A stretch of DNA of 64,000 nucleotides from Candidatus Poribacteria bacterium (GCA_965116925.1 OZ220744.1:1216001-1280000), one strand, 5' to 3'. Shown: positions 38,960 to 49,779, counted from the first letter of the stretch. A program made the numbers and translations. The notes: generated by a model from the letters alone, not told the origin.

Positions 38960-39727
38960 ATGCAGCTATCTAATGAACAGGTAGGACAGTTCTGGGAAGA
39001 TGGATTCATCATCCTGAAAAATTTGCTTGACCCCGATGAGGTCGCATCACTCCTTGCCCACGCCGAGTGGGTAGCAAGTGGCAAAGCCGCCCACATCCCG
39101 GAAGGACAACTCCAGATCGAGCCACGTGTCAGAGCAGGGGAGGCTCAAGCGGAGAATTACGCCGATTCCCTGCGTAAGATGAGCCATCTTGCCTTTTACG
39201 ATGAAGGATTTGAAAACCATGCCCGCAATCCCAAAATTCTAGACGTGATCGAATCGCTGCTGGGCCCCGACATCAAACTCTACCAAGACCAGCTTTTTAT
39301 GAAGCCACCACGGATCGGTTCACGACAGGGCTACCATCAGGATATGCCGCTCGGATTCTACATCGATCCACCCGACATGGTGACCTGCTGGGCGGCACTT
39401 ACCGATTCGACAATCGAGAATGGGTGCGTCTGGGTATTACCCGGCACACACAAATTTGGCATCACGGAAAAGTCGGAATGGGCAGAATATGAGCAGATGT
39501 CGATTGAGGGAAGGCTAGCCGAAGAACGTCCATTGGAGTTGCAAGGGGGTGATTGCAGCTTCCACCACGGGCTCATTCTCCACAGCAGTCGTCCTAACAG
39601 GACGAATCAGAGGCGGCGAGGCTACGCGACGCACTACGTCAGTGCCAAATGTCGATATACAGGTCCGCCGGAAAGGGAAAACGATGCGATGCTGATGCGC
39701 GGCAAATCAATGCCGGGGTGCATCTAA
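38960..39727 (+). CDS. Phytanoyl-CoA dioxygenase (PhyH) family protein
   Basis: KPP...YHQD, ENGCV..LPGTH, HSSRPN...RR. Confidence 0.9.
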   Translation: MQLSNEQVGQFWEDGFIILKNLLDPDEVASLLAHAEWVASGKAAHIPEGQLQIEPRVRAGEAQAENYADSLRKMSHLAFYDEGFENHARNPKILDVIESLLGPDIKLYQDQLFMKPPRIGSRQGYHQDMPLGFYIDPPDMVTCWAALTDSTIENGCVWVLPGTHKFGITEKSEWAEYEQMSIEGRLAEERPLELQGGDCSFHHGLILHSSRPNRTNQRRRGYATHYVSAKCRYTGPPERENDAMLMRGKSMPGCI

Positions 39728-39833
39728 AAGATTTATCCCTTTCTGTTTGCCCTTTAAGGAATATCGTAGGTTGGGTTGAGCAATGGCGAAACCCAACTCT
39801 AATAAACCAATGAACTAACGAACCAACACAACT

Positions 39834-40559
39834 ATGCACACGAGCAAATTACTAAGATCCTCAGACTTTCAATATTGGCGACTTGCTGGGGAAGAGCGTA
39901 TCAACGTTGACTTCAAAGCGTTCTGTCCGGATTATCATGAACTGGACCGTATCGGTGTAATCTCTCCTTGTCTGGAAGACGGGGTGCTCTACACCGGAGA
40001 CGCACTACTAGCGTTGACCACTGCCTTTTATGATGTTCTCCGCGCACGAGAAACCGATTTCTTTGACTACCCACAACACTTTGCCTTTATTGGTACAAGT
40101 GAAGGGGTTGTTCACACTCATAGCGAAAAATTACCGATGGATCGCATTGGGACAGGCTGGGGAAATCTGGATGTTTGGCCCGATTCAAAATGGATCCCAA
40201 CACCGAGAGACGTTACGGGGATGCTGAGAAAAGTTTTCGATTTTCAGATAAATCGATTGTTCCTGCCGCACGGTTTCAAGCCTGCTTCTAACCAATCCCT
40301 CCTCCCCGCCTATGCGCGTAAGATGCTCGGAACTCGGCTCAAAGCAATTTACTACTACAATACGCCAATGCCCAACATAGAACTTCGCGCCTCACAACAG
40401 GTAGCGGACCTCATTCAAAGGAGCATTGCCGAATTCCCTGACGTCGGAAATGAGATCGAACACCCCGTACAGACTGATTTCCCTGCTGTTGGACGCTATC
40501 AGCAAGTGGGTGTCGATGATTTCCTTGAAGATATGGCGGGTTGTTTCGACGGTAGTTGA
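39834..40559 (+). CDS. Hypothetical protein
   Basis: 241-aa ORF, first gene of a compact four-gene run; motifs ALTTAFYD, FFDYPQHF, LDVWP. Confidence 0.7.
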   Translation: MHTSKLLRSSDFQYWRLAGEERINVDFKAFCPDYHELDRIGVISPCLEDGVLYTGDALLALTTAFYDVLRARETDFFDYPQHFAFIGTSEGVVHTHSEKLPMDRIGTGWGNLDVWPDSKWIPTPRDVTGMLRKVFDFQINRLFLPHGFKPASNQSLLPAYARKMLGTRLKAIYYYNTPMPNIELRASQQVADLIQRSIAEFPDVGNEIEHPVQTDFPAVGRYQQVGVDDFLEDMAGCFDGS

Positions 40560-40576
40560 CCGGAGGAGATCGAGAA

Positions 40577-41503
40577 ATGGCACGCTATCCCCAAGCGGTT
40601 CTGGTATCCTGTGAGATACCGTGGGACGAAAACGAGAACCTGATGGAAGATCTGTTTCGAGAGGAGATACAGCATACCCTCAAGGCGGAATTCAATCACC
40701 TGTATATCTTTGGCACCGCCGGCGAAGGACATGCGGTCGATACCGCCCGCTTTCAACAGATTGTTCAGATTTTCTACGAAGAAACGCGGGGATCCGATGT
40801 CCACCCAATGGTTGGAGCAATTGGTCTGTCCACAGCGAACATCGTGGAACGTGTGGGATTCGCGCACGATGTCGGCTTCCGCACGTTTCAAACTGTGCTA
40901 CCGAGTTGGGGTGCGGTGAACGATGATGAGTTAATAACCTTTTTCAAGGACTTATGTGGCACGTTCTCTGATTCACAGTTTCTACACTACAACCTGCCGC
41001 GCGCAAAACGGGTCTTGGGTGGTGCGGACTATCGACGATTGATCGATGCCGTGCCCAACCTCGTGGCAACAAAAACGACAAGCGGTGGCTTGCCTGGTGC
41101 GGCCGATCTGATGCGCCACTCGTCTGAACTTCAACACTTCTTTGGAGAATGGAATTTTCCACACGGCTGCATGTTTGGGGAGTGCTCGCTACTCGCTTCA
41201 TTTGGTCCGATGACACCTCACAAGACGTGGGAGTATTTTGAGGCAGGACGGACACAGCAGGTCGAAAAACTTTTTCGATTGCAGCACGACTTTCACAGAG
41301 TGTGCATGGATATACTTAGCCCGGTGTGGGACAAGGAACGGATAGATGGTGCCTACGACAAAATCATTGTGCGGTTGGGCGGACTGGAGGATATGCCGCT
41401 ACGACTGCTCTCACCGTATCAAAGCCTCACCGAAGTGGAGTATCAGGCGTGTAAGCGGATACTCCACGAAAAGTACCCAGATTGGGTTCAGAGGGAGTTA
41501 TGA
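40577..41503 (+). CDS. DHDPS/NAL-family class I aldolase
   Basis: FGTAGEG, LHYNLPR, Schiff-base Lys in VATKTT; GGAGG RBS. Confidence 0.82.
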   Translation: MARYPQAVLVSCEIPWDENENLMEDLFREEIQHTLKAEFNHLYIFGTAGEGHAVDTARFQQIVQIFYEETRGSDVHPMVGAIGLSTANIVERVGFAHDVGFRTFQTVLPSWGAVNDDELITFFKDLCGTFSDSQFLHYNLPRAKRVLGGADYRRLIDAVPNLVATKTTSGGLPGAADLMRHSSELQHFFGEWNFPHGCMFGECSLLASFGPMTPHKTWEYFEAGRTQQVEKLFRLQHDFHRVCMDILSPVWDKERIDGAYDKIIVRLGGLEDMPLRLLSPYQSLTEVEYQACKRILHEKYPDWVQREL

Positions 41504-42258
41504 CATCACTTAATTTCAAATCGAGAGTACCTGTTTTTGATGCCAACGTGAGGGTTGGCGATCTACTAGACGAACCCGCCCCCTACCGCGATCGGGAGGG
41601 GTTGTTGGCAGAGATGGATCGGCACGGGGTGGAGCGAGCCCTCATCTACCACGCACACGCCGACAATGTTAGCGCGATTGTAGGCAACAACTACCTTGAA
41701 TCATGGATCGGTGATGACGGACGCACCCATCCGCAGTGGATGGTTATCCCCACAGCGGACTCGCTCGCGCAGATTCAATCGCTTCATGCTGAAGGAAGGG
41801 TTAATTGTGTGCGATTGTTCGATACCGGGCAACGGGATCTGCCCTTCCGTCCTTGGGCTTACGACACACTGTTATCTTGGCTCAGTGAGGCGCGAATTCC
41901 GGTCTGGATCCTCTTGACGGACGCCGATGCAGATGCGATAGTTACCACACTTCAGGCGTATCCAGATCTGGTATCGGTCTTGGTGGGAGCGCATTATGTC
42001 CATGCACTTTGGTTGCGTCCAATGTTGACCGCTTTACCGAATGCCTATTTGGAGTTAAGTCGCTATGAGCCGATCGGCGAGATAGAGTCTCTGCGCGACG
42101 AGTTCGGGGCTGAGCGATTGGTCTACGGTTCGTGGTATTCCCGCCTTGCAATGGGACCGATGCTGTTCTATCTGCATCATACGAACCTGACCGATGCCGA
42201 ACTCACGGCAGTTTGTGCCGGGAATCTTGAACGTATTCTACAAGGAGGGACGAAATGA
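41500..42258 (+). CDS. Amidohydrolase_2-like protein, probably lacking metal ligands
   Basis: TIM-barrel pattern (FGAERLVYGS), but DANV replaces DxHxH; ATGA overlap with the upstream gene. Confidence 0.72.
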   Translation: MTSLNFKSRVPVFDANVRVGDLLDEPAPYRDREGLLAEMDRHGVERALIYHAHADNVSAIVGNNYLESWIGDDGRTHPQWMVIPTADSLAQIQSLHAEGRVNCVRLFDTGQRDLPFRPWAYDTLLSWLSEARIPVWILLTDADADAIVTTLQAYPDLVSVLVGAHYVHALWLRPMLTALPNAYLELSRYEPIGEIESLRDEFGAERLVYGSWYSRLAMGPMLFYLHHTNLTDAELTAVCAGNLERILQGGTK

Positions 42259-43004
42259 TTGATGGAATGCAAGTCATCGACTATCACGGGCATGTAGGTT
42301 GCTGGGACCCGATCGGCATGAAGGACGATCCCAAATTAATGCTCCATGCAATGGACTTGGCAGGGATCGACATATCTTGTGTGTTCGGCATCTTCCATCC
42401 TGACGGTACGACGAGCAATGACCAAGCTGCCCACTTTATCGCGCAGCATCCGGATCGCTTTATCGGTTTCGCCTATGTTTCACCGATGATGCCAGAACGT
42501 ATGATACCGGAATTGAATCGTGCAATTGATGAACTAAAATTTCCCGCGATTAAACTTTATCCGCCCTACACCCTTTGGCCCTTTAACCAACCCCAGTGGC
42601 ATCCTATCTACGAGTTCGCAAACGAGCGAGGATTGGCGGTCCTTTTCCACACCGATGGTGGAGAATTAAGCCGACCCCGGTATCTGTCCGAAATTGCGCC
42701 GCAATATCCAAATGCTAAGTTTGTCGCGGGACATGCCGGCAACGTCGTCGAACCTCGCACCGAGGCTATCGCCGCTGCACAGGCATATCCAAACGTCTAT
42801 CTCGAAACCTGCTCGACCTATCGAACGCCCGGTGTGATTGAGCAGTTAGTGAATGAGGCAGGTGCAGATCGGGTGCTGTTTGGATCGGATACACCTCTGA
42901 TGGATCCACGTCCCCAGATCGGCAAAATTATCACCGCTGATATTTCCGACGACGCCAAGCGGCTGATCTTGGGTGGGAATGCCCGCCGTTTGTTGGGGAT
43001 TTAA
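42255..43004 (+). CDS. Amidohydrolase_2 family metalloenzyme
   Basis: IDYHGH, IKLYP, FHT, GHAG, RVLFGSD.P. Confidence 0.88.
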   Translation: MIDGMQVIDYHGHVGCWDPIGMKDDPKLMLHAMDLAGIDISCVFGIFHPDGTTSNDQAAHFIAQHPDRFIGFAYVSPMMPERMIPELNRAIDELKFPAIKLYPPYTLWPFNQPQWHPIYEFANERGLAVLFHTDGGELSRPRYLSEIAPQYPNAKFVAGHAGNVVEPRTEAIAAAQAYPNVYLETCSTYRTPGVIEQLVNEAGADRVLFGSDTPLMDPRPQIGKIITADISDDAKRLILGGNARRLLGI

Positions 43005-43034
43005 CCCGCCTATTCTCTGGGGTAGTACGGACCA

Positions 43035-45566
43035 TTAACCGAGTGCTGCTAGCAACTCGCGCTGACCTGATAAACGTTGCTCCCGCTCACTAGCGAAGCG
43101 TTTAATCCCAGCAAAGATTGATTCAGCATCGAGATGTGCTTCCGCTATGACATCCGGTTCAGTTCCACCGGTGAGCCACTGGTTATCCCAGTCTGCGGTC
43201 AGCGAATAGGCCTCCGCCAACGGTCCGAGATTTCTAATAGGCCAAACGCGTTGTGTTCCCGTGCTCACCACCATCAGGTCATAGCGCGCTTCTGGGGGCA
43301 ATACGGACCGACGATAGGCTTCGGGTTGTAGATCGAACAACTCTTCGCTCACAGCCGCGATGATTTTTACGTTTATTCCCTCTGCCTCTAAGCGGGGGAT
43401 AGCCTGGACGAGGTTGACGGTAGAGTTAGAACCTTGGACGACCACATAGCCGTGCTTGGGACTGTCCGGGTCAAAATCGCGGATGACATATAGCCCTTTG
43501 GACGCAGCTGTGAGATCACTATCTGCAAACGTGGCACGGTCTGCTACCGGAAAATCTGGCCGCGCGACTTCGATGATAATGACCCCAACCCGCGGATCGC
43601 GAGCGGCTACCTCGGCAGCAGCAAAATAGCCCGGTGCAACATCGTTGTAATCCCAAAAACTAACATTTATCGCCTGCCCCCGCGGGAAGAGCTTCCACAC
43701 CTGCGGTGCAAAAATACCGAAGTGCGTACGTGCATCGGCGGCGGTCTCTGGCCCTGAATGCCCAGCGAGGACGTTAAGAACGCCCATTCGGAAAGGGCTG
43801 TCCTGATTCTGTTGGCTCCATACACGGGCGGGCAGGTACATCAACGGTGTAAAAGCACCATATGTACCGCTCAATGCCCAAACCCCAGCGAACTTCTCCG
43901 GATCGAGCGATGCGCTTTGACCAACCAACCCGATAGCACTTGACACATTTCCCGCTTCTTGGATAGGGGCTTTAAACCGCGTACCGGCAGGATTGCTAAC
44001 CGGATTGTAATGTCCCCAGAGGCTGCCATGTTCAACATTGATGGACTCTGAAAGGTCAGCGGCGAGGGTGATAAAGCGGTTATCTGTCACATAGTTCATC
44101 CATTTGATAATTTCCGAAATTGCCCGACGGGTTCCGGCGACCTCTCCGGGTTCCTTGAACAGGCTGATACTCACCTCCTGTTCCTCACCCGATACTGGAT
44201 TCTTCACGCTAGGCGTCTGCGGCTCAACCGGCAGATTTTCGACCCGAAGCCGGTCATCCAGAAACGGATCGCGGTTGGTATCAACCCGGAGCGGTAAATT
44301 ATCCTGAACCGCGCTACCAATATCGACGAGTCGATTGGCAAGCCAGTCTCCCAACCCTTTTTGCTCAAGTACCGACATCACAACGTCAATGTTGGTCTTG
44401 AATTGTATCAGACGCTCGCGCTCATCGGTTACCGGTCCATTGCGAATCCCCTCGAATTCTACCCCGTAACGCTTCTCAAAGGTTCCTGCTAAGGCAACGA
44501 AATAGTCTTCGTTCATCTTTAGCTGGTACGGGTGGCTTGGGTAGCTGACTAACTGATCGCCGTACCCCTCAATCTTCCCATCTGTCGCACTGGGCCAATA
44601 GCCCTTGACCGTCCTGCCAATAACGATCATGGGGCGCCGGTCATCGGGATCCCAATCTTCCATTGTTTTGAGAACCGCAAGAATCTGGTCATAATCATTG
44701 CCGTTTTCAAGGGAAAACACATTCCAACCGTAGGAAGTCCACTGCTCCTCGAGTTCGTACTGCTTGTACCTAGAATCGATCACCCCACCCACTAAGGTAT
44801 CATCGATGCCGGCGTTATTATAAGAAAGCAGGATACGCAAACGTTTTCCCACCTGCATTGCAAGGCCTTGCGTTTTTAGCTCTTGGGCGTGTCCCTCGGT
44901 CATGGCAAATTCACCCTCAAGTGCGAGCACCTTCAATGAATCAGGAGCATCCAGAAAGTTCCAGAACGCCGCTTTGCCAGCAGCTGTCGCAATACCAATA
45001 CCTGAAGGCCCCCCGTTGACATCGTTAGTCAGATCGGTTGTTTCGGAATGTCCCGCCAGCGACCGAATACCGCGTAACTTTGCCTGTGCAAAAAGCGGAT
45101 GGTCCTCCAAATCGTTCTCTTGCAACAAGGTCTTTAGTGCCCCTGCACCGCGTCGAAAGCCTAGTACATCTATCGGCAACATCGCGATTTCCGGCGCAAC
45201 CTTGTAACGCGGATCTCCTGTAGCTGTGTGTGCCCGCGCCATTGCCTCACCCATAATCATCCACAACGCATACGCGGTAGGAATGTTATGCCCGCCAGCG
45301 AGCATGAACTTATCGCAGAACGGATGCTTGGGGTTACGATAGTCGTAGCGCAACCCTCCAAGCTCTGGACCCGCTAAATGGAGCGCGACATTGTAGGGCG
45401 TATAAGCCAGTGGACCGCCGAAGTGGCCCGTCTGTGCGTAATTACCAAGCAGCACCAACGTCATACAGGTCATGTGCCCGATATCCTCAAAGCGCGCCTG
45501 ATCATATGTCGCGGTTAATGCCTCAACAGGTGATAGTAAGGTGTTCGCATTGAGCGTATTTTGCAT
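43035..45566 (-). CDS. Transketolase-like ThDP enzyme (divergent)
   Basis: TGHFGG, LAGGH, LAGHSE, NGGPSG.G, AADL, PIQE, TYGAF, ADARTH. Confidence 0.75.
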   Translation of the reverse strand: MQNTLNANTLLSPVEALTATYDQARFEDIGHMTCMTLVLLGNYAQTGHFGGPLAYTPYNVALHLAGPELGGLRYDYRNPKHPFCDKFMLAGGHNIPTAYALWMIMGEAMARAHTATGDPRYKVAPEIAMLPIDVLGFRRGAGALKTLLQENDLEDHPLFAQAKLRGIRSLAGHSETTDLTNDVNGGPSGIGIATAAGKAAFWNFLDAPDSLKVLALEGEFAMTEGHAQELKTQGLAMQVGKRLRILLSYNNAGIDDTLVGGVIDSRYKQYELEEQWTSYGWNVFSLENGNDYDQILAVLKTMEDWDPDDRRPMIVIGRTVKGYWPSATDGKIEGYGDQLVSYPSHPYQLKMNEDYFVALAGTFEKRYGVEFEGIRNGPVTDERERLIQFKTNIDVVMSVLEQKGLGDWLANRLVDIGSAVQDNLPLRVDTNRDPFLDDRLRVENLPVEPQTPSVKNPVSGEEQEVSISLFKEPGEVAGTRRAISEIIKWMNYVTDNRFITLAADLSESINVEHGSLWGHYNPVSNPAGTRFKAPIQEAGNVSSAIGLVGQSASLDPEKFAGVWALSGTYGAFTPLMYLPARVWSQQNQDSPFRMGVLNVLAGHSGPETAADARTHFGIFAPQVWKLFPRGQAINVSFWDYNDVAPGYFAAAEVAARDPRVGVIIIEVARPDFPVADRATFADSDLTAASKGLYVIRDFDPDSPKHGYVVVQGSNSTVNLVQAIPRLEAEGINVKIIAAVSEELFDLQPEAYRRSVLPPEARYDLMVVSTGTQRVWPIRNLGPLAEAYSLTADWDNQWLTGGTEPDVIAEAHLDAESIFAGIKRFASEREQRLSGQRELLAALG

Positions 45567-45790
45567 CTTTATTCCTAATATGTTAGAGGTTTGTGAGTGA
45601 ATATGTCGGAGAATCCCGAACCTTGAGCAAAATTCTGTTTCGATGCTGTTGTACAGCAGTTACTTTGCCGCGATGTGACAAATTGAGTGTACTGAAATTC
45701 CTGGCTATTGAGAAAACAGTAGCAGAAGTTTAGGGTAGGCAGATTGTTCGATGAAACCGACTTTATCAATGATTGACCTTTAGGAAAAAA

Positions 45791-46774
45791 TTAATAGCTT
45801 AAACGTCCCGTCACATGAGCCAAATTATCGCCGACATGAACACGGTGAATCCGTCGCAACATAATAACAACACCAGCATTCTCGGTCATTATCTCCGCCA
45901 CGACTGCACCGAAGGGATCGCGAACAGTGCCCAAACGTTGACCGGCACTAACTTCGTCCAACAAAGCTACGTCGGACCGAAAGTAGCCAGCAGCGGGTGT
46001 CGAAATGACGCTGTCCATATTCCCATCACCGGACAGGTGATGGGTGATAGGTTGGGGTTGGGGTTGACCGTCCAGCATATCAAGATGCTTCATCACATTG
46101 ATTACGCCGGTGGTAAAGCAATCGACATCGGATGGGTGGGCATAGCCGCCACCACCAGCTTCGGTATAGATCGCTGGTACACCTAATTCCGTAGCGGCTG
46201 ACAAACTCCGACCGGGCGGCATTGGTGGTGGATGCTCCCAAACCACCGGGGTGCCAAATGCCAACGCACCGGCTCGCGAGCGTCTGCCAAGCTCATCGTC
46301 GCTGTGGGTATAGCCAATGAGTGATGGAATTTCGGAGGCGACACCGCCACTGTGGAGGTCAATAACGAAGTCAGCGGGTTTGAATAGCTTTTGAGTAATC
46401 CAGTAAGCAATCCGTTGCGTGATAGTACCGTCAGGATCCCCCGGAAAGACGCGCGCCAGATTCAATCCATCGATAGGGCTGCTGCGGAGAACGGATTCAT
46501 AGGCGGGTACGTTACAAATTGGAACCATCAGTAATGCACCGCGTAGCGCATTAGGGGCTACCCGCCGGAATACTTCGGGGATCGTCTCAACCCCTTCATA
46601 TTCATCGCCGTGCACCGCTCCGAGGACAATCAATGTGGGACCAGCGGTTGCCCCTATCACGTAAAGGAATGGTAAACGCCAGTCGCCTCCGTCTGCCCGT
46701 GGTCCAACTTCTAGCCATGCGGACGCTTTGGAATCACAAGGCAATTGTGAAATGTCAAATTCTTGAAAACGCAC
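45791..46774 (-). CDS. Succinylglutamate desuccinylase/aspartoacylase (M14) family protein
   Basis: VHGDEYEG, NLARVFPG, IDLHSG; C-terminal biotinyl-like hairpin. Confidence 0.88.
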   Translation of the reverse strand: MRFQEFDISQLPCDSKASAWLEVGPRADGGDWRLPFLYVIGATAGPTLIVLGAVHGDEYEGVETIPEVFRRVAPNALRGALLMVPICNVPAYESVLRSSPIDGLNLARVFPGDPDGTITQRIAYWITQKLFKPADFVIDLHSGGVASEIPSLIGYTHSDDELGRRSRAGALAFGTPVVWEHPPPMPPGRSLSAATELGVPAIYTEAGGGGYAHPSDVDCFTTGVINVMKHLDMLDGQPQPQPITHHLSGDGNMDSVISTPAAGYFRSDVALLDEVSAGQRLGTVRDPFGAVVAEIMTENAGVVIMLRRIHRVHVGDNLAHVTGRLSY

Positions 46775-46779
46775 TGCGT

Positions 46780-47508
46780 CTAGTGTCCTCCGACTTCACC
46801 AACCTGAATCTCAATTTCATCCCGATCTCGGATCCGTTCGACCAATCCGTCCCGGATATCAACGATCCGGTCTGAAACATCGAGCATCTTTAAGTCGTGG
46901 GTCGCCGAAATAACAGTTACGCCCTGATCGACATTAAGTTGCTTAATTAAATCGATAATTTCACGTCCGATGACCGTATCGAGGTTCGCCGTCGGTTCAT
47001 CCGCCAAAATAATGCTTGGACCATTTGCGAACGCGCGCGCAATTGCAACCCGCTGCCGCTGACCACCAGATAATTCATCGGGTCTATGGTGAATCCGTTC
47101 CCCTAAGCCAACTCGTTCCAGCAGCTCTTCACCTTTATCACGACGCTCACTGTGCGATAGACCTGCGAAAATCATCGGCAGAGTGACATTTTCGAGTGCC
47201 GTCATGACGTGTAGCAGATTGTAGCTTTGGAAGATGTAACCGACCCTGTGACAGCGGAACCATGCGATTTGGGACTGGCTGAGCTGCCCCATATCTTGAC
47301 CATCAATGAAAACTTTACCTGCGGTCGGAAGGTCTAAGGCACCAATCATATTAAAGAGAGTTGATTTGCCTGAACCAGATGGACCCATCAATGAGATATA
47401 CTCTCCGGTATAGATCTCTAAATCAATCCCGTCGAGTGCTCTGAGCACGTTAGTGCCCATACGGTATTCCTTAACAACCTTTTCAGTTTTAACTACAACG
47501 TCTGCCAT
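46780..47508 (-). CDS. ABC ATP-binding protein (LolD/MacB-type)
   Basis: GPSGSGKST, LSGGQRQRVAIARA, ILADEPT. Confidence 0.93.
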   Translation of the reverse strand: MADVVVKTEKVVKEYRMGTNVLRALDGIDLEIYTGEYISLMGPSGSGKSTLFNMIGALDLPTAGKVFIDGQDMGQLSQSQIAWFRCHRVGYIFQSYNLLHVMTALENVTLPMIFAGLSHSERRDKGEELLERVGLGERIHHRPDELSGGQRQRVAIARAFANGPSIILADEPTANLDTVIGREIIDLIKQLNVDQGVTVISATHDLKMLDVSDRIVDIRDGLVERIRDRDEIEIQVGEVGGH

Positions 47509-47519
47509 TAGCGTCCCTC

Positions 47520-48200
47520 CTAAACTTCAGTCCGCATCGCTTCCGCTGGGGGTAGCTTTGCAGCGCGCCACGCTGGAAACGCCGCGCCGATAACAGACAG
47601 AATCATGCCGAGCACACAACCAGCGAGGATAATCAGTAACACCCCGAATCTAGTAGGCTGCGCGTTTAGCACCGGCAGCAGGGGGAAGTAAAAGAATAGA
47701 TCTAAACCGTAATCCTTAAGTCCTAGGAGAAGTGATCCAAGACAACCGATGAGAGCTCCGATAAGTGCACCCGCTAACCCTTGAAATCCAGATTCTAACA
47801 GGAATAATCTCACGACGAAGCGATCCAAAGCACCGAGACACTTCATCGTACCGATTTCTTGAAAACGTTCTGTGACCGCCATCAGCATCGAATTCGCGAT
47901 GCCTACGACGCAGACAATTAGGGACATGATAATCAACCACTTATCTTTCATCGAAATCCCGGTCGTTTCTTCCTCTTCAAAAGTGGTGATTTCCTGTCTT
48001 GAGCCGCTCTCTTTCATTGCGACAGTTACCTCATTATTTACCAATACTGACACCAGAAATGCGATCCCCAACGTAATGCCCGCGGTTGTAATGACTGATC
48101 GTCCGAAACGGATCATCAAGCTCTGAAAACTAATCCTCACAGATTCCATGAATGGGAGCTCAATCTGTTGTCCAATAGTACTTCGTGTCTGTTGTTCCAA
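47520..48200 (-). CDS. Short FtsX-like ABC permease
   Basis: NSMLMAVTERFQEIGTMKCLGA, PAWRAAKLPPAEA. Confidence 0.85.
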   Translation of the reverse strand: MEQQTRSTIGQQIELPFMESVRISFQSLMIRFGRSVITTAGITLGIAFLVSVLVNNEVTVAMKESGSRQEITTFEEEETTGISMKDKWLIIMSLIVCVVGIANSMLMAVTERFQEIGTMKCLGALDRFVVRLFLLESGFQGLAGALIGALIGCLGSLLLGLKDYGLDLFFYFPLLPVLNAQPTRFGVLLIILAGCVLGMILSVIGAAFPAWRAAKLPPAEAMRTEV

Positions 48201-48321
48201 ATTCCAGTCCTCCTGATTTCTAAAATTGCAAAGTCATTTTATCATGATGCGAGGATAAAGTCAAGCCTTGCACTAGTGAATTTAGGGCATTAAATTTCAA
48301 AGACTCATGGCAGGGCTAGAG

Positions 48322-49779
48322 TCAATCGTTCAATCCGACCGGATATGGACCGTATTCAACGAGAATTTCTACATCTTCGACGGTAACTCCGCCCACGAAT
48401 CCCATAGGTCGTTCCTTGAGCGCAACCTCCAACACATTTGACCCCTTCTGCGGGCGTACACGTTCCAAGTGAAATTCCAACCACTGACCGGCATACGGGT
48501 CTCGCGATCTGATGATGCTGCGTGTGCACCGCTCCCCCACCAACGACTGTCCATTCAACCGCACATCAAATGTATCCGCAGTTACCAGATTGGTCACACC
48601 AAGCCGGAGTTGAACACTTTGCACTCGGTCATTTTGGGTGTCATCAGCGATGAAAAACGGGATTTGATAACGTCTCTCTGCATCCGCCGATGGGATTTCA
48701 ACTGGCAAAAAGGCTTCATAATCGTGACCGCTTGTCGCATCGGAATGTCGGCGCAGGAAATAATGTTTATCGCCTTCCTTGACCAATTCCGGGTCCCCTA
48801 ACTCTGTGAGCGTGCGGCGTTCCGCATCGCCTAGGGGCCACGGCAGAAACCAAGCGTAAAGTCCATCGACCCCACGTTCCCAAAAGTTAGCAGCGGCTGC
48901 CCGCATCATGGGGGGCGTCGCATCTTCTACCGAGTAGAAACGACGATTCTCCTCGCTGTAGTAGGGTTGTAACATGCCGTATACCGAAATATCGTTTTCG
49001 TGCGCCTCCTGTACCAACCAATCAATTGGCATGTTAGCATCAAGCACAAAGAACGCATAGACCATCGGAACGACGAAGTCAACTAACCCTTCTTGTAGCC
49101 AAGTTTGTACATCCAACCCCGTTTTCTTGTTTAACTCCAAGGTCGGATATATCCGCGCACCGATCTGCCCGGGTTCCCCCGGTCGATTGCGTACCATCTC
49201 CGCGACATTCCGAACAAAATCGGTCATCACCGGTGTATACTCCGGGACGTCTTCGGGTGTGAGCCAGAAGGGGCTTCCGCCCGGAGCCGCAGCGAAATCC
49301 AACTCCACGCCTTCTACAGGATACTGTGTGGCGAGCTCTTCCAACACCGCAAACTGATGGTCACGCACTTCTGGGTGGGCAAATCCTCGTCCACCGTTTG
49401 CCAGCGCGTGCTGTGGATCCATACCACCATAACCTCCCATGCGCAGACTAGCGAAAAAGTCCATCCCTTTCTCATGTGCCCGGTCGATGAGGAGCATCAA
49501 CGGATCGATTCCTCGGTTTATCAAGCTTTGCATGTTTTCCCAGATGCGCCAGTAAGGGGCACTGTCAAAGGGGCGGATGTCATCTCCAAACTGCATACCG
49601 ACTTTGGAGGGATAGAATAGCCCATCAGCGCGGGATACCCCATAGATAAAGGTGTCGCAGCTTGTCCCGGCGACCTCGTCCACAGCCGACCACGCCTCTT
49701 CCAACCGGATCGGTGGCTCAAAAACGAACAGATAGTAATGACGGGCATCATTGAAATAAATTGTTCTATGTCGTCTCAT
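48322..49779 (-). CDS. Hypothetical glycoside-hydrolase-like TIM-barrel protein
   Basis: IYFNDA, FFASLRM, VEGVELDF, WLQEGLVD, GVDGLY pattern; family not firmly assigned. Confidence 0.6.
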   Translation of the reverse strand: MRRHRTIYFNDARHYYLFVFEPPIRLEEAWSAVDEVAGTSCDTFIYGVSRADGLFYPSKVGMQFGDDIRPFDSAPYWRIWENMQSLINRGIDPLMLLIDRAHEKGMDFFASLRMGGYGGMDPQHALANGGRGFAHPEVRDHQFAVLEELATQYPVEGVELDFAAAPGGSPFWLTPEDVPEYTPVMTDFVRNVAEMVRNRPGEPGQIGARIYPTLELNKKTGLDVQTWLQEGLVDFVVPMVYAFFVLDANMPIDWLVQEAHENDISVYGMLQPYYSEENRRFYSVEDATPPMMRAAAANFWERGVDGLYAWFLPWPLGDAERRTLTELGDPELVKEGDKHYFLRRHSDATSGHDYEAFLPVEIPSADAERRYQIPFFIADDTQNDRVQSVQLRLGVTNLVTADTFDVRLNGQSLVGERCTRSIIRSRDPYAGQWLEFHLERVRPQKGSNVLEVALKERPMGFVGGVTVEDVEILVEYGPYPVGLND

